Origin: Verrucomicrobiota bacterium
GTDB taxonomy: Bacteria > Verrucomicrobiota > Verrucomicrobiia > Opitutales > LL51
NCBI GenBank assembly: GCA_021294815.2
Contig: CP095464.1
Coordinates: forward strand, 60,001-92,000
Direction of reading: 5' to 3'
Length of the DNA stretch: 32,000 nt
The notes under the pieces were generated by a model. The model made no database searches and had not been told where the DNA came from. It saw only the letters and a program-made list of their open reading frames with translations. The stretch's first letter is position 1. Each line of letters starts with the position of its first letter. Positions 16,301-28,300 of this stretch are shown here, one piece after another. Position numbers and translations under genes: made by a program.

Positions 16301-19300
16301 ATAGGTCCTGATTTCGAAATCGCGCCTTGCTGGAGTGTACTCGTTCCAACCATCTTTAGTCGATTTCCCGCCTTCTGTAACGTCAATATTGTACTGCTCA
16401 ATATACGCGACAATCTCGTCAATGTGATCCAGGATCACGTCGGTGAAATATTTCTTGGGATCGACATTCTGTCCACCACCCGTAATGAGCAACAATTCTG
16501 CACTGCTCGACATCGAAGTTCTCCAATTGGTAATATCGCTATCATCGGGATAGTTAGTACTGCTGAGCCCTTTCGTTTTAGCCCGGATATCCTCATTCAG
16601 GTTTTCCAAATCTTTGATAATGTCTTCACAAGCCACCTGGTCGCTTAAGACTCGAAACTCTCCTCCTTTAGCGGCAGCGTCTAGAGATGTCTTCGCCGCG
16701 ACTAATGCATCCCGAACACCAGTGTAACTGGAATATTTCTTGTAATGTTCTTTATATGCTGTGCTCTTGGGATCCGTGTATTTTTCTGCATCGGTGAGTG
16801 CCCATTTTTCTAACGCATTGGCCGCCTCTCGGATCTTGTTCATCATCTTTTCCATGTCATCTCCGAGGCGTACAGAGACATCCTCGACCGAGAGCGCTTC
16901 ATCGTTATCGGCAATCATATTGGGCAACTGAAATTCGAACGAGATCTGCTGGAACAACTTCAGCTGCTCTAAGAACGTCGATCGACTCACCGAATTAATT
17001 TTCCAGTCGTAGTAGAACTTTTCCATCTGCGTGAACCACCGGTAAAACGTGTCAACCTGTTTTCGATTGACGATGTTCTCGAAGGTATCGTTGAGGTTTT
17101 CGAGTTCCTTGACGCAGCGATTAAATACCGTTTGGGTCGTCTTTGGAAGCCCATCGCTATACTTGGAGTTACAGTGTTTTTGAAGCGTCTCTTTGTACCG
17201 CTGAATGAAAGCTCGCAGTGAAATCGAATTATACCCTTCTTTCTGCGCCTCTGTTAAATCGTTGTACTGCGATAAAGTATTGGTAACTTGGGTTTGCTGC
17301 GATAACATGAGATCCCGATCACGACTAAGATCTCCAAGCGCCTTGGCTATGTTTGTGCGCTTGTTTATCTCGTTTTGAATCGGTTTCACATTGTAACTAA
17401 CGTTTCCATTCGTCTCCGTATTTTTTTGGACAGTTGCGACGCCGAGATCCTGTGCTTGATAGGCAAGGTATCGAAGTTTTGCTAGTGCTTCCGCTTTATT
17501 TGCGGTCGCTTCCAGGCGCTTTTTTTCACCGTCTTCAGTTTTAGGACTATTTTGGATTATTTTTTCATAAGTGTCGATATTCTTCTTTATCGCCGTAACA
17601 TTTGTTGCTAAATTATTCCCACAATAAAATGTTGACTGTAATTCCCAAAGCGTGCGGAGTATATTTTCCGTCGCCGTTGTGGTGTAATATTGCGCCGAAT
17701 GGTAGATAATTGCGTAATGGTCGGTGCCAACGGTCTTGAAATCCATGTACCGGAGCACTGTTTGACCCACATCCTTTTCAGGCGACAGACGCCACGAGTT
17801 AGGCGATGAAATACTGATAATCGCATTATCGTTATCGGCTAAATTTTGCCAGCCATCGGATTGATAGTTGTCATTGATATAAGTCTGAAGATTGATGACC
17901 ATGTACTCCGCGGCGTAGTCAACGATCGCATTGTACCACTTCTTCAGGGCAAGAGCGATATTGAGGCTCATCGAATCCGATTCTTTAAGGAAAATATCGA
18001 CTTTTTGAGCGATCTCTTGGAGAAGTTTAGTGACGCGATAAAATCCGGCGCTGCCCTCCTGGTTGGTCAACGTGGCGAGATCGTCCGATTGCTTTGCGAC
18101 ATAGCTCGCGATGCTATCTTCACCGATTGTATGGAGTGAGCCGAGAACCATCGAAGCGGTATTCCAGGCGATAGTTGGAATCGTACCCTGTGTGGGTTCG
18201 ATAAAGCCAGGATGTTCATCAATCGCCGTTATGAGCGCGAGTTCAGTCTTCCCGGAACTGGTCTTCCGCACGGGTATGGGCGAAAAGTCGTCGGTCGTAC
18301 CGTAGGTCGAGTTGACGCAACGGCTGGGGACTGTTGTCGTATCGATAACGTTGTACTCTGCCACAAGCTTGAAGGCTTTACCGAAAACCTGCGTATATTT
18401 TTCAGAAGAACTCGTAATGTCGGCCAGTGCTCCCGCATAAGCTGTATCTACCAACGAAGCCGTTGGGGCCGGAAGTTTGCCGAGATTTGAGATCCATTTT
18501 CCTCTTTTTAGCGGCTGGGTCACAACGCGCAGGAAACTTTCCTTTGTTGCATTAGAATACTTCGCCTTATAGCTCGCATAATCCTCGTTAAAGTGGCGCC
18601 CGTGGGCATAAGTATAAAGATTCTGGAGGAGTTTATTACGGCTTGCGTTCCCTTTCGTCCAACCGTCACCGTAGGTCGACTGGAGCGCCATCAAGGCCTC
18701 ATTAACGGTTTTCGAGACGGGATTAACGTACTGGACTTTTCCGTCGGTACCGGTTGTTTCCGCCCTCGGGGAAAATCTCGCCCCGGCATCATAAGCGCTA
18801 AGCATACCGTTTTTCCACCAATAATAGAAGCTCCCGTTGACATCATAACTGTCGACGAACTTAATCATGGGGTCGATGATTTGTGTCTTAATATCCTCAT
18901 AAGCCGCATTGCCTTGGCAACTTTGGAGATCACTCAGCATTGCCGTATGCGACACAGGATTTTGGCGCCAATCGCTGTGGGCCTCTTCCAATTCGTGAAG
19001 CTTGAATAAGAATTCCTTCGCCTGTTTTTGGAAATTCGCCCCTTGATTCGCCGCTTTGGCATTTTCATTAACGGTATCCATATCGGCCGATAGGGTATTC
19101 AAAGCGCTATATAAATTCGCGGCGTTTCCCGATGTTACGCTTTGGACCTTTGCCTTAGCGTTATCGATGACAGTTTTCGCAGCACTGTAAGCATCCATTA
19201 TATCTTTTGCCTTGAACTGCCACCCTATAGAGTTTGCATCTTTTGCTGTTTTGTAAGCGGAAATTGCGTCAAAAAATATCTTAACAATTCCGTTGTTTGT

Positions 19301-22300
19301 GGCATTTCCCAAGATATTCAATGCTTCACTGCAGGCGTTGTACTCTGTACGCCAAGCTGCTAAATTTTTTCGGGTCGTCTCTGGGACAAAATCGTTATAG
19401 TCTGAAAGATTCAGTTGTGTTGCGGTGGCAGCTCCATTTGTTGTTGGTTCTGCCACTGCTTGATATGTGGTCTTTGCCGCACCGTTAAAATAACCGGTCC
19501 AGTTACGCCCTAAAAGTGTCGTTATGTCACTGCTGATGTTATCGATGCCAATCGTGTTGATCGAGATTTTGTTCAAATTGACACACCTTCTCAAAAATCC
19601 AACACGATTATCGAGATCCTTGTAAATGGCATGTATTGTATTGATAACTGCATCACCATATGGTGTCATTTTTTCACGAGCTTTATTACAATTTCCATCG
19701 CTAGGATCGCTCTTAAAATCGCCAACATTCTTTGGATGATAATTATTGGTCAATCGATCAGCCGTTGGAAATCCCCAGTTAAAATAAACCTGGTCTGTAC
19801 CCTTTTTGCTAAGAAATGCGATCGCGTTAATCGAAATCCCTGAAGAGTTGGCCTTACAGTAATTTTGGATTTGTGCTAGCGTATATTTCTGGGCACCTCC
19901 GATGTTAAAGCCACCTTCCGATTTCGCATTTTTCATTAAACGTTCCCAAAAATCCTTGTCATAAAAAACGTCTGCTAAATATTGAATGGGGGTGCCACCA
20001 GGTTTACTGCCAATCTTTTCACCACTTGCTTTAAAAGTTTCGCGCCTTTGAAGTGAAAACGTTTTACCGTAGTCGCCTAAACCAAAATTGAGATTTTCTT
20101 CTATAGGTAAACCCTGATCATTACATTCCCAAAACTTATATGTTGCCTGGGCAACCTGATGCTCTTTAGGAATTTTGTTGACATCATCTGGTACACCGAG
20201 GCCGTCCCAACCCGTTGGATAATACTTTCCGACCAGTGATACGGACCACGGTGTAATCACGGTGACATCCTTTTTTACGCCATCAACTATTTGTTGTTCT
20301 TTGTAAGCTTTTCCTTTTATTAAAGTTGGATTGTGTATGAGTAAATTTTCCTTACCAACTTCCTCATCAAATGTTTGCTTATCAAATGTTTTCCGTCCAC
20401 TATCATCAGTCTTTCCTTCAGCACGCGCGATATATTTATCCAGGATAAAGTCATAGTTACCAGTGTAGTGTTCGAATTTGACCTTGTCACCCTGATGCTT
20501 TTTTTCTATAAACGTTCTCGCGCCGCCCATCATGGTTTCCGCGAGCCCTTTTTCGGAGAAACAATTATTAATCGCTGTAGTTACCTCTGATGCGTGTGCC
20601 GCAAATGTTTTCCCAGTCGTTACATCATTTTTCACCTGCGTTAATGAAATGTCCGTGCTACCGTTCGATTTCATTGTCGTCTCGAGGAGGTAGGAAACCA
20701 TCTCTCCGAGTTGCACTTTGTCGGTCGCTTCCAACGCCGCCACATCTGATGGAAATGTCGCCGGAACATTGGTAATATTCCCGCTCTGATGCATCATCGA
20801 CGGATCTATAACCGTGGAGGAATTGAGATACTTTACTCCGGCAAGCTGGTTTACAGTGCCCGTTGTCTCCGGAATTTTCGGTAGCGTCGGTGTTGTCGTC
20901 GAGAGCTGTTCTACAACAGCCGGTGATTCTAAATCTCCGCCGTTGAAAAATAATAAACTGTCCTGAACGCGGTAAATCGGAATAAGGAGATTTTTCGCCG
21001 CCTGCTCGATGTAAGCGCGAACATAGTCATCCGCCGCAAGCCGATCTTGCGCCATTCCAAGAAGGTACCCGATTTTATTTTCTTCACCAATGATTTTATT
21101 AGTGGAGGGATCTTTGATATCCGCCTTATAACGTAAGAGCTGCTGGAAGAGGTTGTGCCGGATGACATCTTTGAATAAGAAGCCCGATGCGCTCCATTCT
21201 TCAGCATCTGTCTCTCGTCGCGCGGCAACCCAGGTCAACTCCTCAACGACTTTAGGGAAATCCGTGACGTTTTTACCGAAATCAGCATCGATAACCGACT
21301 TCTCAAGCCGCATCTTCGCGTTGTTGTACCGAAACAGAATCCGACGGGGAATTTTTTTCCCACTCCCGGTATCAATTTCATTCGTCTTGTCGAGTACACA
21401 TAAAAGGTCCTCACCCGTATCTGTCGATTGCGTAAACCAACAGTTGATTTCCTTATCGCGAGGCTCGATTTTTTTCGCCGAATCCTGGCATTTGTTCGTC
21501 TTACTGTCGATTTCATAACCCGTGAAGTTGACCCGATCGTCAATCACACCGTAGTTGTTGAAAATATACTCTAAAATTGTAATCCGATTAAAAAGTGAGA
21601 CCTCCGACGCGATCGCCTTGCAGTACTCCGACGTAATCGCATTCAGGTCCTCTGCAATCATAACTACTCGATCTTTGAGTGCCGTCATCGCTTCCGGTAA
21701 GTTCGTGCTCTCCGCATCTTCAACATCCCAACTCTCTTTGAGCGTTAATAGAGAATCTGCAATCGCCTGTAACTTGACGTAACATAAGTCGTACGCCTTT
21801 TCTTTATCCTTTAAATCGGCATTTGCCTGGAGCGATGCCACAATTTTCCCAACAACTTGCGCTAGCACGCCCCCAAAGAAGTCGTCCGGCGGCACTAAAT
21901 CCCCAAATTCATCGATAATGAGCTGTTTTGCCGATGCTAGACGCTGCTCGAAAATGTTTTGGTCATCCGAAGAAACCTTCCACTCCACGAGTTCATCCCG
22001 AACCCCGCGGTAGTAGGCCTTCCACCCCTCGTCTTGGCTAATCGTGCTCCGCTTCGTGTAGTCGTCAAATTCCTCCTGCAGCGACTCGATGTATTGCTTC
22101 TTGTAGTTCGGGTGATTCTGTAGCGCCAGATTCCCCAACTCGTCGTTGAGATCGTAGATCGCGACCTCCTGCCGCACTACCGTTTCAACCTCACTGGTCG
22201 CCCCCGCATATTCCGCCAGCTTATCGACGATCGATTTCGCAATCGGTTCCCCGTCTAAAGTCTCCTGGAAGAACGAAGCGTACATCTGCGACTCCATCCG

Positions 22301-25300
22301 GAGCCCCTCCCTCGCCTCCGCGAGATCTTTTGCGTAGAGTTCGTCGATTTGATCCTGAATCTTTTCGCAAGTCTGCTTAAACGACTTCACGTACGCCTTC
22401 TCCGTCGGTCCCTCGTCCGTCTCTGTCTTCATCGCAATGTCGCGCACCTTGCAGTACTCAAATTTTTTGCCCTTCACATAGATATCCGATGGCTTGTAGA
22501 GCCGTCCATCATTCCCCTTTAGTCTGGCATTATTTGAGGTGCAATAACGGTCATCTAAAACGCTCTTAAAGTCGCCCTCGTACTTGTAATACAATCCATC
22601 ACCCGGCGTCGCCTTATTGAGTGGAATGTAGTCGAACTTTGTGCCGTAGTAGAAAAGTTCCCCGAGTGTAATCCCTGAAACGTAGTAAGAATCGAGATTT
22701 TCTTTATCCTGAAGATAATAAACGTCACGAAGTTTGATAAAATTCGGACTGTTTTTGACTTCATTGACCGGGAAATAACCCGTAGTCTCGGCGCGAACGT
22801 ACTTTGTTACGTTGGCTAACTCATCGGATGCGGCTTCAGCGACATCAATCGGCGCGTATCGGCCAACATCCATATCGACTTGTGTCTTACTGCGGTTTGA
22901 AAAATATCCGCCATCGCCCGTCTTGACGTAGTTGGGATTGCCGCTAGTCAATGTCTGACACGTGTACGTTTTGCTAAGGTCGGCCTCAACCTCCCCATTT
23001 TCCGTAACGACGACAAATGATTGAACCTTTTCCGCTGCGATGGTACTGCCCTTCGCCTTTGCCCGGATATCCTCGCGATCGACGTAGCTCGTTCCTTGAC
23101 GGTCGCCGATTTTTGCTCGAATTTTATTTCCGAGATTGCTCTGTTCAATATAAAAACGTGATGACGGATTACTGACCTCTCCGTTCCCCGCTTGGAGACG
23201 ATAGTTTCCGAGAATCAAAGTCGCATCATTTTTGCCATCATTGACGCCTACCGACAAGCGGCTGCAAGATCCCTCGCCATTTCCTCCGACACTTGCTCCA
23301 AGCGTCACGTGATAGTTGCCATCCTCGGCCATCACGAAGGTATTTTCGTCAACATTGATTACCGGATCGCTTTTCGGGGTAAACTGATAAAGAGCACTGG
23401 GATCACTCGTGATGGCTTGTGGTAAGGTTTGAGTCTTCGTCGAATACGCAAACCCTTGGAACGACTGATAATCGCCATCCGCCAATATCGAGAGACTCGA
23501 AGCGGGATAATAAATATTATCGGTCCCCTGGAAGCACAAGGAGTTGGCCTTGCTGCTCGCCGCTGTTACCATTGCATCCTGCTTTTCATACTCCAGCGTG
23601 TAAACACCAAAGTACCCGGTTTCGATATCATAATCAGTTACCTTAATGGCCTTTTCGGCATCATAGGTGCTAATATCGGCTACATTGCTCGGGATCAGGT
23701 ACGGCGCCATGTAAACGGTCTCACTCCCCACACTCGTATTAGACTTTAAATCTTCGCGCTGGGTATAGGGCAATAATTTTCCATTTTTTCGGACAACAAG
23801 TTGAAAATCTTGACCGCTATAATACCCGTTGCCCGCCTTATATACATAGTTCGCCATATTGGCATTCGTGAGCTCAAAATTAACGCCTACGTACCCCGTC
23901 GTAGTATCAAAATCGGTTATCTGGATCGCTTTGTCCACAGCATAAGAACTGATATCTGATACATTGCTCGGAATTAGATATGGTGCAGTGTAAACAGTAC
24001 CTCCATTGCCGCCTTTGGTAGATTCCAAATCCTTAAGCTTATTATAGGGCTGCAGTTTCCCATTCTTTTTGATTGCAAATCGAAAATTTTGACCGTTATA
24101 ATATTTGCTTCCTACCTTATAAACGTAGTTCGCCATGTTGGCACTCGTAATCTCCATTTTGATGCTTTCCGTGACCAAGGCCTTCGGATACCACAAAATT
24201 TCGAGTGGCGTTTGTAGTATATGATCATTACCTTCACTATCCTTTGTGACAATGGGGCGTGAAGTTGTTGGTTTTCTCAATGCAACCTTAGAATCATTGG
24301 TGTGGTAAACGTAGAGCGTCACGTCGGCGTCGTTGTTGCTGACTCCACGGTAGATGGGATTGCCGTCGGCAGCACTGTACTGGAGCTTTAACGTAACTTC
24401 ATCACTGCTGCGATTGAAGTAATCGTTGTTAATATTGATATAAGTACCGCTAGATTGGTCTTGTTTCACCTCGTACTGCTGCATCGGGTCACTTACCCGG
24501 AAACACGCCCCTGAAGACGATTGGCAATAAATATTACTCTGTCCTTTTTGGTCGAAAGCATTGCCGAGATAATTGACTGTCCCATTCTCTGCGACACTGA
24601 CAACGTCGATATCTTTCAGCAATTTAACTTCGCCGTCATCGCTCTCTACACAGATATCCTTAGCGGCATAATAATTGCCATCCTTAGCAGCTAAGTATGG
24701 TCCCGATGTCGAGTTTTTCGCTTCTGGAATAAGGATTCTCCATCCAAAACCTGAAGGATCGAAATAATCGACCTGTTTCTTTAGTACGCATCCCCCGCTG
24801 GTACTTTTGATAGAAACGTAGTGCTTTCCGTTCCGTTCCAGACATTGGAGCTTGGTCATCTCCGGCCTTAATTTTGATATGGGTTCACTTGCGACCTCAA
24901 CATAGCGCGTATCGCTGTCGGTTACCTTTACGAATGAATCTTTGCTAAGCTGGATATAACGATTTCCGGGTACTAGTGTTTTTCCGTTCTTATCGGTTTT
25001 CGATTTTCCGAGCTCGATCGTCTTAATCTCATACATCTGATCGGTATTGAGGACATAGAGTTTATTCTCATTCCCTGAAGTGTTGGGAACTTTGATAAAA
25101 TCGACCACTTTAGCCCCCGATCCTGAGTCCGCATACACATCTTCGATATACCAATCCGAGGCAAGATCCGCGCTCGTATCAGCATCCTCATAGAGCGTCA
25201 CACATCCCGTATCATAATAAGCTCCATCTTCTCCATGAACGTAGTAGACGCCATCATCATCTCGTTCCTGATAGCCTCCAGGCGCGTTAGAGTAAAATGT

Positions 25301-28300
25301 ATAGGTACTGCTTTGTGGGTAATATGTGTTATCCCCTGAAAGTTTGATATAAAAGGTGATGTCACCCGTGTTTTCAAAATACCGATTCCCCTCACATTTA
25401 AAGTACACCTTATTGTCTGCTCGGTTGTAGTAACTGTTGTCGGAACCCTTAAAATAGATTGTGTCAGTCTTCAGGTGATATTTGCCACTTTTATCCTGAA
25501 CATAAATATCATTTTTTGCCTCACTCAAAGGCTGATAATGCGTTGCCTCCTTATACTGGAAATTTTTCGTCTTAAAATAAAGAGGCCTCCTTTTATCGTC
25601 GATTGTTGTTTCTTTGTATGAAAAAAGTCCGGATTTGTAATACACTTTTTCATCAGCTCTCTCGTAATATTTTCCCCTATTATTTCGGCCATAAATCTTG
25701 TCGCTACTCCGAACATAATACAGTTCATCGTCGGTGTCTTTGTAGTAGGTATTCTTATCCCCACTCGGCACAATGTAACTTCCCCCGTCTATTTTATAGT
25801 AGTGTTCATCGCTGCCCTTAATGAGGTAATTATTTCCGTTTTTATGGTACGTGACATCGCGATCTTTTGGTGTAAATGGATGGTACCGTCCATCGACACT
25901 TTTGAGGTAAACCGTATTATCTGTCCCAACGGATACCTGTGCCATCGCTTTAAAGTTATTGTTGTCGGTATCGAGATTACTACTCGCAGCCGTAAGCTTA
26001 TTGCCCGAGTTTACATCACCTGGCGTAATGTGGGATTGGACGAAAATATCACTCGATAGAACATCCTGGAAGCGATAGGGCTTCCAATTGCTGATGGTCA
26101 GGCTTTGATCGGTAGCACTTCCGGCCGCTGCCGCAGGAAGGATAAAGTCCGTATTGGCATAAGCGATGTTGCCTGCGGTAGTTTTAACATTAACCGCCTG
26201 AGGCTTAATGGTATCGGTTCTTGTTTTGCCCTCACCAAGTTGTACCGTTTCACTGATTTGAGCTTGTACCGGCGCGATTCGATACAGTCCACCATCACTG
26301 GCAACCGCATAATCGGATGTCGCAAGGTCGTTTTGATTTTGTGTAAATTCGAGGTTTTCGCCGTTGCCACGGATTTCGACAAACCGGTTATTGATATAAA
26401 GATATTCTGCATTACGACTCAATTTGCCCTGTTCGATGTAGCGTATCTCCGGGTGAGGCACATAGAAGTACTCTTTTGAGGCCGTATTTTGAGCATAGCG
26501 GCGATTTGGGAATTCGATACGATGCAGAACCTCCTCGCCCGTTTTTTCATCGGTTTCCGTAAAGTAATAGTTTTCGGTATTCCCGATTTCTGTATACTTT
26601 TTGGTAATACTGGAATAAGAGTAGCGTTTTTCATCTGAGGGCGTGAAATCGGGTTCTTCCGCGACCTGACTCGCGAGGACGTATTTTTCATACTCTACCG
26701 GAAGGACCAAATGATCATCATTGCGGTGAACGTAACGGGTCTCAAGTCCCCATTGATAGAGCTTCATCCCAAAAAATTTCACATCCCCTTGAGTGGATCG
26801 ATAGTACAACGGGATATCGAGATGCTTTCCATTGGCAACGACATCAACTTTATCACCGTCCTCCAGGTAATATGAAACCACTTCGCCGTTTGCATCGAGT
26901 TTGGAGCCTACCACTTGATAATAAGTTCCCTCCTCAGACTCGCCATTGACGGATTTTTCAATTTTGTAAATGTAGCGCGTATAAATATCGTCGACGGCCG
27001 TGTATTGCCCTTCATCAGCACAAATATAGTACTTTTCGTCGTTCCCGGGATTGTTTTCACTCGGAATGTCAGTTACTTCAGCAAATCCTTGTTTTGTCGC
27101 CGCATAATAGATAATCGAATCCTGATAGGTCTTCCAGATATCGGTGTCTCCGGTAACATCCTCACCTTCAGCGGTTCCACCCGATTCCTGCTCGTTCTCT
27201 GTCGTTGTGATCTCAACGGCATCTGGCTCTACATAGGACATATAATCGCCATCGTAGACCTTGTAGAGCAACTTGTACTTCGATAGCGGATAGGCGACAT
27301 CATTCTCTCCGAGAACGAAGAGTTTCTTATCGGCTTCACTGCCGGGGAGTGCGGAAGAGATGACCTCCTCTTTATTGCTATTACAGCGGCGATTTGGCAT
27401 CAAAATGCGGACGTGCTCTTCGGGCGAGACCTGGATAAAGGCGACGTCATTTTCGGCGAGTTTATAAAAATTCCCGTTATTTTTGATGTATTGGTTTTTC
27501 TGGTTAACATCGAAGGTAATGATACCGTTGCGCTCGTCTTGGATCCGATAAATCCACCCCGCTTGGGCATCTAAGGGAACAAAAAGTCGTTCCTTCTCAT
27601 TACTCTCTTCATCACCGGGTTTCGGAACGTAAGCGCAATAATAGGCATTATCGTCGATGATTTTTAGGTCGCCCGTATACGGCATGAATTTCGAGTAGAG
27701 CTCTTGAACCTTGGTATTATCAGTTCCCCCACAGGTATAGTAAGCACTATTGAGTATTTCGTCGTCGGCAATCGTTTCGGGACCTTCTAATGGTTTTTGA
27801 TCACCTGCAATCTGCACAACTGATTCACCTGTTTTAACAAAAGTATAAAATTCGCTCTTCAGCTTTTGCAGCATATTTTCATCGCTATTCCATTCTGGAT
27901 ATTTTTTTTGCAAAAATATGAGGAAGAAGGCCATATTGAGACCCTTAAAGAAATCGCCAATGCCTGCTGCTTCTAAATCGCTGAGCTTGACGTTTTCATT
28001 TCGGTCCAGAATGCCAGCAAAATTGACCAGATCTTTGAGCCGCGTAAAGACGCTATCATTACTCGTTCTGCGGTAAGTTGTATAATAGGTATTCGAATCA
28101 ATGCCCCCCTTCAGACGACTAGCGAAGTCAAGCAATGCTCCAGAGAAATAACTGTCCTCGGAACTTTCGCCAGAACTAGCAATTTCCCCGCGGATGAAAT
28201 TATATAATTTGACGAGTTTATCCTCATATATCTGAACAGCTTGACTACGACGATCAGATGCGCCGTTTACCAGTTTGGTCGGGATTTGAGATAGTTCCTT

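Noticed and set aside
11765-19009. Plus-strand ORFs nested in the giant gene, such as 11765..12373, 15566..15979, 16076..16648 and 18593..19009. The short minus-strand off-frame ORFs fall in the same category.
   Set aside because: They are antisense or off-frame shadows of a 21.6-kb CDS. Their translations are low-complexity (Ile/Phe/Arg-rich), with no start context or motifs. Such ORFs are expected by chance opposite a long stop-free frame.
22440-27750. Calling the Tyr-rich region Rhs/YD repeats, MORN repeats or choline-binding/CROP repeats
   Set aside because: The consensus features are not present: G-x-x-x-Y-x-YD-x-x-GR for YD, Y-x-G-x-W-x-x-G for MORN, and the 20-aa GW...YYF period for CW-binding repeats. 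Only a loose DKNYY-like resemblance remains.
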